In this document: piece after piece, positions 18,228-27,355 of the stretch
How positions within the stretch are numbered: position 1 is the first letter of the stretch
Layout: every line of letters begins with the position of its first letter
DNA from: Candidatus Peregrinibacteria bacterium
GTDB taxonomy: Bacteria; Patescibacteriota; Gracilibacteria; CAIRYL01; GCA-016699755
DNA length: 64,000 nucleotides
Assembly (NCBI GenBank): GCA_024762935.1
Contig: JANTGK010000001.1
Span: 6,101-70,100 of the forward strand
Direction of reading: 5' to 3'
The notes under the pieces: generated by a model
Databases searched by the model: none
Seen by the model: only the letters and a program-made list of their open reading frames with translations
What the model was told of the DNA's origin: nothing
Program-made: the position numbers and the translations under genes

Positions 18228-18416
18228 GAATCTTTTTTCCTGTAGGTGAGAATTGTGAAAAGATGGACAGAAATATCCTTTTTGGTTTTTTTATTGACGT
18301 TACTAGATTATTGCCCTTGCTCAGTGTACAAAAAGACATTATTAAAAAGTTGAACAGTATAAATAATCAGGAGAGAAGAAGAAAGATTTTAAAGATGTAA
18401 GAAATACTCTGAAAAG

Positions 18417-18445
18417 TTGCTCATCAAGGAAAAACACTATATAAT
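18417..18445 (+). promoter_or_regulatory. sigma-70-like promoter (TTGCTC, 17 nt, TATAAT) ending 8 nt before the ATG
   Basis: -35 TTGCTC at 18417-18422 and -10 TATAAT at 18440-18445. ATG is at 18454 and there is no SD. Confidence 0.4.
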
Positions 18446-18453
18446 ACTCTGAT

Positions 18454-18831
18454 ATGACAGATGATCAAACTTTTCCTGTTGGCGATGACATAAAATCAAA
18501 TCTTGTGATTCCAGATGCTGCTCGAGAGCGTTATCCAGAACTTATTCCAAAAATTATTGAAAGCACGGCTATGAAAGATGATGATGAAAGAAATTATTGG
18601 TTTTCGGTGCTTCCTATTATGACTGATAAACAAGTCGATGAATTAAGAGATATTCTTTCGCCTCAAGGAGATCAGGCTTCAGAAAAAGCTAAAGAATCTT
18701 TTGATCTTGAGAAAGCAGAGGTTATTCGAAGAGAACATCTTTCTGATTATCAGCAAAAAGAATCGGTATCACGGAAACATGATTATGATGAGGCAGAAAA
18801 TCTTCTTTCTGCACTCGAGACAATAGAATAA
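18454..18831 (+). CDS. acidic hypothetical protein
   Basis: 125 aa. From memory, the motif MKDDDERNYWFSVLPIMTDKQVDELRDIL recurs in hypothetical proteins of uncultivated small-genome bacteria. Confidence 0.6.
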   Translation: MTDDQTFPVGDDIKSNLVIPDAARERYPELIPKIIESTAMKDDDERNYWFSVLPIMTDKQVDELRDILSPQGDQASEKAKESFDLEKAEVIRREHLSDYQQKESVSRKHDYDEAENLLSALETIE

Positions 18832-18839
18832 GTGGTTCT

Positions 18840-19223
18840 TTATCTTTTTAGGAGGTCTGCTGTCCATTGTTTCCATTTCGCTCTGTGAATAATTCTCTCT
18901 TGGTCAGGGTTTGGAAGGTTTTCGTATGTTTCTCGCATAGATGCTGCACAGCTATTGCAGTCTTTTCCCCCCGGTTTTATTCCGAGAACAGTAAGAATTT
19001 TTTCAAGCCATGCCCTTGTTGTTATTCCTTTTTCTGTATGGCTGAGAACTTGAAAACTTGTGATTGGTATAGTCTTTTCTTTATATGGAGAGGGATGAAG
19101 TCTATCGTCAATCATTATTTGCTGGAGTTCGGATAGATCATCGGTAGGATCAGGGTTTCTCTCTGTGACAAAGAAGGTTTTTTTACATTCTCTGCATGCC
19201 TGTGAATTTTTTGATGTAGTCAT
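18840..19223 (-). CDS. hypothetical Cys-containing protein
   Basis: The start is trimmed to MTTSKNSQACRECKK at 19223 to avoid overlapping leuA. It has CxxC plus a distal CNSC pair and could bind zinc. Confidence 0.5.
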   Translation of the reverse strand: MTTSKNSQACRECKKTFFVTERNPDPTDDLSELQQIMIDDRLHPSPYKEKTIPITSFQVLSHTEKGITTRAWLEKILTVLGIKPGGKDCNSCAASMRETYENLPNPDQERIIHRAKWKQWTADLLKR

Positions 19224-19311
19224 GATTAACTTATAATATAATAAAATAAATATGTCAAGTTTGCCCTCTCTCTTTAATTCCGGTAAACAGTAGTCAATCT
19301 TTCTTTCTCTT

Positions 19312-20865
19312 ATGAGGAACGATATTGTTCGAATTTTTGATACAACACTGCGAGATGGTGAGCAATCACCTGGATATTCCATGTCCACTCAAGAAAAAAT
19401 CCGTCTTGCAGTCCAGATTGAAAAATTGGGAGCAGATGTTCTTGAAGCTGGGTTCCCAGCAGCAAGTCCTGATGATTATACAGCTGTAAAAAATATTTCC
19501 CAGAAACTTCATTCGATAGAAGTTTGTGGGTTAGCACGTGCGATAGAGTCGGATATTGTTACGACATGGGATGCGATTAAAGATGCTCAAAAACCAAGAA
19601 TTCATACTTTTATCGCGACCAGTGCATTACATATGCAGTATAAATTAAAAAAGACTCCGAATGAGATTCTGAAAATGACAGAAGATGCCGTAAAACTTGC
19701 TAAGAGTCTTTGTAAAAGGGTTGATTTTTCGCCAGAGGATGCCGGAAGAAGTGATCGAAACTTTTTAAAAGAGGTTGTCGAGGTGGCTATATCTTGTGGT
19801 GCTGATGTCATTAATATTCCTGATACAGTTGGATATCTTCAACCAGAAGAATTTGGAGATCTTATTGCATATCTTATCGGTCATTGCAAAGGAGGTAAGA
19901 ATGTGATTTTTTCTACACATTGTCATAATGATTTAGGACTTGGAGTAGCAAATTCACTTGCAGGTGTTCAGGCTGGGGCTCGCCAAGTAGAGTGTACGGT
20001 AAATGGCATTGGTGAACGAGCTGGAAATGCTGCTTTAGAGGAGGTGGTTATGGCTATTAAAACTCGTCCACTTTTTTATGGTCTCAGTACAAATATTAAT
20101 ACAAAAGAGATTATGCGTACAAGTAATCTCTTGAGAAAAATTACCGGACAACCGGTACAGCCGAATAAAGCAATCGTTGGGAGAAATGCCTTTGCTCATG
20201 AGTCTGGTATTCATCAGCACGGTATGATGGCTAAACGTGAAACATATGAAATCATGAAGCCTGAAGATATTGGAATTTCTAAATCACAGATTATTCTTGG
20301 GAAACATTCCGGTGGAGCGGCGTTACGGAGTCGGCTCTCTGAACTTGGGTACGAAATCAAAGATGAAGCTTTTTTAGATATTTTTAAAAAATTTAAGAAT
20401 CTTGCTGATAAAAAGAAAATTATTGAAGACGCTGATCTTGATGCTCTTATGCTTGGTGAGTTTCAAAAAAATATATCTGAGTTCACACTCGTTAGTGTTG
20501 ATGCTCATTGTGGAACAAAGCAGCAGGCATCAGCAACCGTGACTCTTAAGACAAAAGTAGAGGGAGTTGTTACACAGAATGCTCTTGGGACAGGTCCGGT
20601 AGATGCTGCCTTTAAGGCTATTGAAAAAATTACTAAAAAGCTTGGAAAATTAACAGAATTTCGAATGGATGCCGTAACGGAAGGTCTTGATGCTCAAGCA
20701 GTTGTTTCTCTTACGCTGACGACGAATCAAGAGAAAAGATTCTTTGGAAGATCAGGGAATACTGATGTTGTTGTGGCGAGTGTTTGTGCATATCTTGATG
20801 CTATTAACAAGGTTACACAAAGAGAGGGGATTGAAAAAAATTCTCAATATGGGAGAGGGGTGTAA
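19312..20865 (+). CDS. leuA: 2-isopropylmalate synthase
   Basis: 517 aa. IFDTTLRDGEQSPG, HCHNDLGLGVANSLAG, and a C-terminal LeuA dimerisation/regulatory domain. Confidence 0.95.
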   Translation: MRNDIVRIFDTTLRDGEQSPGYSMSTQEKIRLAVQIEKLGADVLEAGFPAASPDDYTAVKNISQKLHSIEVCGLARAIESDIVTTWDAIKDAQKPRIHTFIATSALHMQYKLKKTPNEILKMTEDAVKLAKSLCKRVDFSPEDAGRSDRNFLKEVVEVAISCGADVINIPDTVGYLQPEEFGDLIAYLIGHCKGGKNVIFSTHCHNDLGLGVANSLAGVQAGARQVECTVNGIGERAGNAALEEVVMAIKTRPLFYGLSTNINTKEIMRTSNLLRKITGQPVQPNKAIVGRNAFAHESGIHQHGMMAKRETYEIMKPEDIGISKSQIILGKHSGGAALRSRLSELGYEIKDEAFLDIFKKFKNLADKKKIIEDADLDALMLGEFQKNISEFTLVSVDAHCGTKQQASATVTLKTKVEGVVTQNALGTGPVDAAFKAIEKITKKLGKLTEFRMDAVTEGLDAQAVVSLTLTTNQEKRFFGRSGNTDVVVASVCAYLDAINKVTQREGIEKNSQYGRGV

Positions 20866-20997
20866 ATATATTTATCAATTATATTAATAAATAATAGTTT
20901 ATTAAAAAGTCAAACAAAAACATGGCATAGAGGGTGAAATCGGTCAAGAAATATGGTATTATTATGTTTGGGCTTGGAGAAAAATATTGTATCGCCC

Positions 20998-21993
20998 ATG
21001 AAAAAATCATTCCTCTTTATTGTCGGCTTCATTGTTTCCATTTCATCTTCATATGCGGCATCATTCACTGATGTTCCTGAAGATAGCCCTTCTTATGCAG
21101 CCATTGAGTCTCTTAAAAATCTTTCCATTATTAATGGGTTCCCTGATGGGACGTTTCAGCCATCAAATCCTGTGACTCGAGCCGAAGCACTGAAGATGAT
21201 TCTTTTGAGTGCGAAAATTTCTACAGATGATACAGTAGGTAAGGGGACTGGTTTTGCTGATGTGACCTCAGATGCTTGGTACTCTGCATTTACTTTAAAA
21301 GGGAAAGAGCTTGGAATCATAAAAGGATATGGTGATACCGGGAAATTCTTTCCGAATAATCAGGTGACAAAAGCTGAGTTTCTCAAGATGCTTTTTCAAG
21401 CTTTTCAGCTCGATACGAGTAAACATGAGGGGCTTACTGCCGCGATTTCTGCGGATACAAATGTTGGTGAATGGTATCTTCCGTACCTCAGTTATGCAAA
21501 AACTATTGGCGTCATTACTCCTTCTATTGATAATAAGCTCTTTCCAAATAGCCCTCAAACGCGTTCTGATTGTGCTGAAATTATCTATAAGCTTCTCGTT
21601 ATTCAGCGAGGTGGAGAGGTTCAAAAAATGTTAAATATTACAGAATCACATCTGGTAAATGTTTTAGTAGGTCTTAATGGAGGAGATATAGACGCTGCCT
21701 TACAAAGTGCAAATGATGCTGTTTTCTTTTCAGAAAAAGCACTTGCTGCCGATTCGTCACAAGGGTTGGTGAAAGCAGCAAACAAGATAGCCCTTGGGTT
21801 CAAGGAATTATGTCTTGCTTATAAAGCAGGGGTTGATGGTGATGGTGATCTTCTCGTTCAGCATGTAAATGAGGCAAAACGTCTTGCTGGTGCAGCTTTT
21901 GATGATCATAATTCTACTCAGCAGTTGGGAAAGAAAATTAAAACTCAAGCAGATATTCTTTTGCAACAAGTCCAACAAAAAGCTGCTCAATAG
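20998..21993 (+). CDS. exported protein with three N-terminal SLH domains
   Basis: Signal peptide MKKSFLFIVGFIVSISSSYA, then three SLH-like units (FTDVPEDSPSYAAIESL...GFPDGTFQPSNPVTRAEALKM, FADVTSDAWY...VTKAEFLKM, and a third). Confidence 0.8.
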   Translation: MKKSFLFIVGFIVSISSSYAASFTDVPEDSPSYAAIESLKNLSIINGFPDGTFQPSNPVTRAEALKMILLSAKISTDDTVGKGTGFADVTSDAWYSAFTLKGKELGIIKGYGDTGKFFPNNQVTKAEFLKMLFQAFQLDTSKHEGLTAAISADTNVGEWYLPYLSYAKTIGVITPSIDNKLFPNSPQTRSDCAEIIYKLLVIQRGGEVQKMLNITESHLVNVLVGLNGGDIDAALQSANDAVFFSEKALAADSSQGLVKAANKIALGFKELCLAYKAGVDGDGDLLVQHVNEAKRLAGAAFDDHNSTQQLGKKIKTQADILLQQVQQKAAQ

Positions 21994-22005
21994 GATTTAT
22001 CTTTT

Positions 22006-22368
22006 ATGGATCAAGAAGATCTTTTGAACCGGTATTCTCCTGAGATGACATCTGAAAATACAGGAGAAGATTTTTTGGGTACTCCACCAAAAATATTTCC
22101 AAAAAATCCACAAGCTTCTATTGATTTTCATGGTTATTATGAAAGAGAACTTTCTTCTGCTATTGATTCATTTATTGACATGAGCCTCTCACAGAGTCTG
22201 CTTTTTGTACGGATTATTACCGGAAAGGGGTCGAGCACAGAAAGGGGGTATTCCATCCTTTTTCTCGAGACGGAACGCTGTCTAAAAAGACTTTTTCAGA
22301 CAAAAAATATTCTCATGTATAAAAAATGTGATGGATTTTTTGATGTCTATCTCCAGTACGTATATTAG
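22006..22368 (+). CDS. Smr-domain protein
   Basis: 120 aa. IDFHGYYERELSSAIDSFID...VRIITGKGS matches the Smr pattern (LDLHG...IIHGKG). Confidence 0.6.
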   Translation: MDQEDLLNRYSPEMTSENTGEDFLGTPPKIFPKNPQASIDFHGYYERELSSAIDSFIDMSLSQSLLFVRIITGKGSSTERGYSILFLETERCLKRLFQTKNILMYKKCDGFFDVYLQYVY

Positions 22369-22410
22369 GGGTTTTTGATTTTTTAAAAATTTTTCTTTTT
22401 GAGAAAGGAA

Positions 22411-23199
22411 TTAAATCGTGGGGATAGAATTATCGATTTCTTCTTCTTTTTCTGATTGTTGAAGTGGTACCCCGCGTTCATCCTCATGGTCATAAATCGA
22501 ACCACGTCGTGAAATACCCTGTAGTGATTCTTTAATGCATTCCTTCAGATGGTTAGGGTCAAGCAGGAGGCATCTTTGCACCTGTTTTCGGAAGTGTATT
22601 TGTCCCTCCAAATTATTCTTTTTTTCCACCTCTTTTTTCTGCACTCCTTCCTCCTGCACTTCCTTTTTTTTCTGATTCATTTCTCCTGTACTTTTTTGTT
22701 GCCAGTTTTTATCCGACACGTTGTTTCGAAATGAGAGTTTCAGACATTCTCTAAATTTTTCTATAGAATGAGTTGTTCTATGACATTGCTTGAGTATTTC
22801 TCTTTTTTGTTGTCTTTTTTCTTCATTCATAATTTTTTGTTCTTCTGAGTTGGTGATTTTAAAATGATACATTTTTGGTTTCTTTTCTTTTTTCATGAAT
22901 GCATTTGCTCTTTCTCCAAATTCAATAAAGTTCTCTGAATCATGAGAGAAAGAGGTATTAATATTTTTTTTGTCATGAGTTTTGTATTGATGTTTGTATA
23001 CTCCTTCTTCTTGATTGTGTGAGTGAGTATTTTTTCTTTCTTTTGCAAATTCCTCTTTCTTTTGTACAAGTGAAGCCAAATGTTTATCTGGCTTGATTTC
23101 GGAGGTCAATTGAAAAAAGGAGAGTGATGCAAAGGCGAGTGAAAATCCAATGGCAACACCGATGAATCCTATAGACAGTTTTTTTTTGTCTTCTTCCAT
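22411..23199 (-). CDS. membrane-anchored K/E-rich hypothetical protein with paired-Cys motifs
   Basis: 262 aa. N-terminal TM span (LSIGFIGVAIGFSLAFASLSFF) and motifs CHRTTHSIEKFREC and CLLLDPNHLKEC, which resemble the repeats of the 12168-12944 protein. Confidence 0.6.
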   Translation of the reverse strand: MEEDKKKLSIGFIGVAIGFSLAFASLSFFQLTSEIKPDKHLASLVQKKEEFAKERKNTHSHNQEEGVYKHQYKTHDKKNINTSFSHDSENFIEFGERANAFMKKEKKPKMYHFKITNSEEQKIMNEEKRQQKREILKQCHRTTHSIEKFRECLKLSFRNNVSDKNWQQKSTGEMNQKKKEVQEEGVQKKEVEKKNNLEGQIHFRKQVQRCLLLDPNHLKECIKESLQGISRRGSIYDHEDERGVPLQQSEKEEEIDNSIPTI

Positions 23200-23331
23200 G
23201 AAAGTAAATATAAATTTTTTGTTTCAAGTGATATTATACATAATAATATATATATATGCAAGTACCTCTGTATGCTTTGATTATGGGCGTAGAGCTTTAG
23301 ATTTTTCCAATACTTTTTTGTTTGAACTCCT

Positions 23332-24267
23332 TTAGATGAGGTGTACAATATTTAGATAATAATCAAGTATCGTGTTCCCAAAAAAAAGGGAAAGAATAAG
23401 GCTCAGTATAAGAAAAGGGCCAAATGGAACAAGGGATTTTGATGATGTTTTTCCAAGAATAAGAAGTGGAATATAAAAAACTGTTCCTATGATGCAGGCA
23501 AATAGCACTGCCATTATTCCCATTTTCCACCCCAATATGAATCCCATGATAATACCAAGCCGAAGATCTCCTCCACCTATCCATGCGGGTATTTCTTCAT
23601 CTGTCGTGTTGTCAAAAATTTTTTCAAAAGCACTCCCGAGTCCAAAAAGGGAAAAAACTATCCAAAAGGGAAATGCTATAATCGAAATAATAGCGTTGCG
23701 TACTGGTCCACTCTGTCTTTTTTGTATACTCATTAGTATTCCTGGAATAATGATAGATAGGGAGAATAAACCATAGATTGCTACAAATCCCAATAGGGCT
23801 GGAATAATCTCTGGTATTTCTTCTATGTGAACAAAAAAAGTATTCACAAGAGAAGAAATTATAAGAAATCCTATTGTTGGAAGAGATACTGCGTCAGGAA
23901 TATCCATGTATCGGATATCTGAAAGAACGAGGATGCCGAGGGCAAAAAATATAATCAGATACCAGATCAGGACTACTATTTGGTGATTATTGGCGAGAAG
24001 TCCAGCAGAGAGAAAAAGAATTCCAAAAAATAGCTCCACTATTGGATATTGCCATGAGATGCTTTTATGACATTTTCGACACTTTCCTCTCAGAAGAATC
24101 CAGGATAAAAGGGGTATATTGTCATACCATTTGAGGAGATATTTACAATTTGGGCATTCACTATGCCCCATTACAATTCCTGGTTTTTTTTCATGAAGGC
24201 GAAGTGAAATGACATTCGCAAAACTTCCGAAAAAAAGACCGATAAAAAATAAGTACCAAAAAGTCAT
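23332..24267 (-). CDS. pilD: type IV prepilin peptidase (A24 family)
   Basis: 311 aa. CPNCKYLLKWYDNIPLLSWILLRGKCRKCHKSISWQYPIVE and a polytopic body. Confidence 0.9.
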   Translation of the reverse strand: MTFWYLFFIGLFFGSFANVISLRLHEKKPGIVMGHSECPNCKYLLKWYDNIPLLSWILLRGKCRKCHKSISWQYPIVELFFGILFLSAGLLANNHQIVVLIWYLIIFFALGILVLSDIRYMDIPDAVSLPTIGFLIISSLVNTFFVHIEEIPEIIPALLGFVAIYGLFSLSIIIPGILMSIQKRQSGPVRNAIISIIAFPFWIVFSLFGLGSAFEKIFDNTTDEEIPAWIGGGDLRLGIIMGFILGWKMGIMAVLFACIIGTVFYIPLLILGKTSSKSLVPFGPFLILSLILSLFFGNTILDYYLNIVHLI

Positions 24268-24272
24268 TTTGA

Positions 24273-25310
24273 TTATTTTCGAAAAATTTGATCGATTCTA
24301 TCTGGTGGAGAGAGGAGTGCATCTGCAAAAACTATTGCTGCCATGGATTCTGCTACTGGTACAAAGCGTGGAGCAATAACTGGGTCATGTCGGCCTTTAA
24401 CTGAATATATTATTTGTTCATCATTGGAGGTGTTCATTTTTTGCTCCTGGGCAATGGTCGGGGGTGGTTTGATGGTTACTTGAAGGATAATATCATCACC
24501 AGTGGTAATTCCTCCTGAAATCCCTTCATGGATGGGATTTTGCTCACTCCCTAATCGGGATGCTACTCGTATTCCTTCACCGTACTGAAACGTTCGTGTT
24601 GTTCCAATAGAGAGCATTGCCTTTGCTAGTTCTGCTTCTATTTTTCCAAAAACGGGAGTACCACACATTTTTGGTGGGCTTATGATACGAATTTCTACTT
24701 TTCCGCCGAGTGAGTCATGTTCTTTTTTTGTCTTGATAACGAGCTCTTCCATTTTTTGAGCGGCCTGAGGATCTCCACATCTCATAATATTTTTTTCGAT
24801 TTCTTTTTCATCAAATTTTTTTGCACATATATTTCCGATCTGAACGGTGCTTGCAATAATTTTTGTATTGCAGATATGACTGAGAAGTTTTTTTGCAATG
24901 GCGCCACCAATAACCCGGCTGAGAGTCTCACGTCCACTTTGTCTTCCTCCACCTCGATAATCTCGATGTTTGTATTTGTTGAACCACGTTTGATCTGCAT
25001 GTCCTGGTCGAAAAATATTTTTCATCTCTTCGTAATCTTTCGATTTTTGATCTTTATTCCGTACTATTATGGCAATGGGAGTCCCTATGGTTTTGTCTTC
25101 AAAAACTCCTGAAAGAATTTCTGCTTGATCAGATTCATTGCGTGGAGTTGAGACGCGACTTTGGCCTGGTTTCCGTCTGGTCAGGTCATGTTGAATATCT
25201 TGTACCGTGAGAGGGAGGCCTGCAGGGCAGCCATCTACAATAGCTCCAAGGGCTACGCCATGTGATTCACCAAATGTGGTGACCCGAAAGTTTTTTCCAA
25301 AAGTATTCAT
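24273..25310 (-). CDS. aroC: chorismate synthase
   Basis: 345 aa. FRVTTFGESHG and the GRHDP motif. Confidence 0.95.
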   Translation of the reverse strand: MNTFGKNFRVTTFGESHGVALGAIVDGCPAGLPLTVQDIQHDLTRRKPGQSRVSTPRNESDQAEILSGVFEDKTIGTPIAIIVRNKDQKSKDYEEMKNIFRPGHADQTWFNKYKHRDYRGGGRQSGRETLSRVIGGAIAKKLLSHICNTKIIASTVQIGNICAKKFDEKEIEKNIMRCGDPQAAQKMEELVIKTKKEHDSLGGKVEIRIISPPKMCGTPVFGKIEAELAKAMLSIGTTRTFQYGEGIRVASRLGSEQNPIHEGISGGITTGDDIILQVTIKPPPTIAQEQKMNTSNDEQIIYSVKGRHDPVIAPRFVPVAESMAAIVFADALLSPPDRIDQIFRK

Positions 25311-25398
25311 ACGGGGAGTATATCTGTTTTTTTTGTTCTTTTAAAGAAGCTTGATAGGTTTAATACTTGCCCACTTTTTTTTCTTCTTTTGTATTTTT

Positions 25399-27198
25399 TT
25401 ATTCATCCCTTTTTAATATGGCCATAAAAGCATCTTGTGGAAGGTTTACTTTTCCCATTGCTTTCATACGTTTTTTTCCTGCCTTTTGCTTTTTTAGGAG
25501 TTTATTTTTTCGACTGACATCACCTCCGTATAGGCCAGCTGTTACATCTTTTCGATATGCAGCTATTGTTTCACGAGCAATGATTTTCCCTCCAATGGCT
25601 GCCTGCAGGGCAATGGGAAAATTTGCTCGGGGAATTACCTCTTTGAGTTTTTTGACAATGGGACTCCCAACGTATCGTGCTTCGCTCCTATGGACCATTT
25701 GCGAGAGGCTATCGACGGGGTCACCAGCAATAAGAATATTGAGTTTTACAAGATCTTCTGTACGAAACTCCAAGAATTCTGAGGAAACAGAAGCATATCC
25801 AGAGGAGATACTTTTTAATTTATCATGGAGCTCAGTAATAACGGAAGAGAGTGGCATCTCAAATGTTATGACGACACGAACCTCATCAAGATGTTGCATA
25901 TTTTTATATACTCCCCGACGCTTTGTGCACAGATCCATTGTTCCTCCGACGTATTCTTGAGGGCATATGATTTCAACTCTACTCCATGGCTCCTGAATTT
26001 CTTGTATAAGTGTTGGATCAGGCAAGTTGGCAGCAGAAGATATACGAATTTTTTCTCCACTATTGAGGATGACATCATAAGGAACACTCGGTGCTGTTAC
26101 AATGATATCCATATTAAATTCGCGCTCAAGACGCTCTTGAATGATTTCCATATGGAGCATTCCGAGAAGACCAATGCGAAAACCATTGCCGAGTGCTGGA
26201 GAATGTTCGGGCTCAAACACAAGTGCAGAATCAGATAGTGAGAGTTTTTCAAGTGAATCACGTAGCTGTGGGAAATCATCACCATCTGTGGGGAAAAAGC
26301 CTGCAAAAAGCATTGGGCTTACAATGCGAAAACCCGGAAGAGCTTTGGCATGTTGAGCTTCTTTCCCGACATAGAGGGTGTCACCTACTCGTGCTTGACG
26401 AGTGGATTTTAAGCCAGTAACAACAAAGCCAATCTCTCCTGTTTTTATTTTTTGTTGTGAATCAAATTTCGGACGGAAATATCCACAGTCTAAAATTTCA
26501 ATATCGGTTTTTGTTCCCAAAAATTGTGCTTTTTTTCGTTTTTCTATTTCACCTGAAAAAACTCGAATAAAAGCGACTACCCCACGATATGGGTCGAAAA
26601 CAGAATCAAAAACGAGTGCTTTTGTTTCCTCAACATCCAACTGCTCCCCGGCGAAGGTTTCTTTTGGGGCTGGAAATTTTTTTACTATTTCATCAAGTAC
26701 AGTATCAACATTTAATCCTGTTTTAGCAGAGATTTCTATCATCTCATCACGTCCGATTCCAATGGCATTTTCAATTTCTTTCCCAACTCGTTCTACATCT
26801 GCGGCTGGGAGGTCTACTTTATTAAGAACAGGAATGATTTCGAGATTATGTTCAAGAGCAGAGTAAAGATTTGCTAGGGTTTGGGCTTCAATACCTTGGG
26901 TTGCATCAACGACTAATATAGCTCCCTCTACAGCTGCAAGGCTTCGAGAGACTTCAAAAGAGAAGTCAACATGTCCTGGAGTATCTATGAGATTAAGAAT
27001 ATGATCTTTCCATTTCATGCGTACTGGTTGCAGTTTAATGGTAATACCTCTTTCTCGTTCAAGCTCCATGCCATCAAGGATTTGGGCTTGCATATCGCGT
27101 TTTTTAACAGTTCCTGTTATTTCGAGCATTCGGTCGGCAAGAGTACTCTTTCCGTGGTCGATGTGTGCGATGATGCAAAAATTTCGAATGTTCTTCAT
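25399..27198 (-). CDS. lepA: elongation factor 4 (LepA)
   Basis: The start is trimmed to MKNIRNFCIIAHIDHGKSTLADRM at 27198. DTPGHVDF is present, with a LepA C-terminal domain. Confidence 0.95.
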   Translation of the reverse strand: MKNIRNFCIIAHIDHGKSTLADRMLEITGTVKKRDMQAQILDGMELERERGITIKLQPVRMKWKDHILNLIDTPGHVDFSFEVSRSLAAVEGAILVVDATQGIEAQTLANLYSALEHNLEIIPVLNKVDLPAADVERVGKEIENAIGIGRDEMIEISAKTGLNVDTVLDEIVKKFPAPKETFAGEQLDVEETKALVFDSVFDPYRGVVAFIRVFSGEIEKRKKAQFLGTKTDIEILDCGYFRPKFDSQQKIKTGEIGFVVTGLKSTRQARVGDTLYVGKEAQHAKALPGFRIVSPMLFAGFFPTDGDDFPQLRDSLEKLSLSDSALVFEPEHSPALGNGFRIGLLGMLHMEIIQERLEREFNMDIIVTAPSVPYDVILNSGEKIRISSAANLPDPTLIQEIQEPWSRVEIICPQEYVGGTMDLCTKRRGVYKNMQHLDEVRVVITFEMPLSSVITELHDKLKSISSGYASVSSEFLEFRTEDLVKLNILIAGDPVDSLSQMVHRSEARYVGSPIVKKLKEVIPRANFPIALQAAIGGKIIARETIAAYRKDVTAGLYGGDVSRKNKLLKKQKAGKKRMKAMGKVNLPQDAFMAILKRDE

Positions 27199-27221
27199 GT
27201 TCTTAAAATCTAATATATTGT

Positions 27222-27321
27222 GACAGAACATGGAACAGGGAACAAGGAGTGGAAGAAGTTGCAAAGCTGCAGAGTGACAAAGATACAGAGTGGGGGGATG
27301 AAGAGGTACAAGAGTGAGCTT
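27222..27321 (+). repeat. heptamer plus octamer spacer
   Basis: Reads gacagaa catggaa cagggaa caaggag, then gttgcaaa gctgcaga gtgacaaa gatacaga gtgggggg atgaagag gtacaaga gtgagctt (27258-27321). Confidence 0.8.
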
Positions 27322-27355
27322 GCTCAGTAACATATATCTATGAGAATATTGAGCC

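Noticed and set aside
25367-26866. Plus-strand ORFs of 197, 137 and 154 aa antisense to lepA
   Set aside because: These are shadow ORFs inside a strongly supported gene with low-complexity, motif-free translations. The same reasoning applies to 37922-38494 (antisense to the 996-aa gene), 49541-50110 (antisense to ftsZ), 53050-53478 (antisense to rplA) and 34643-34999.
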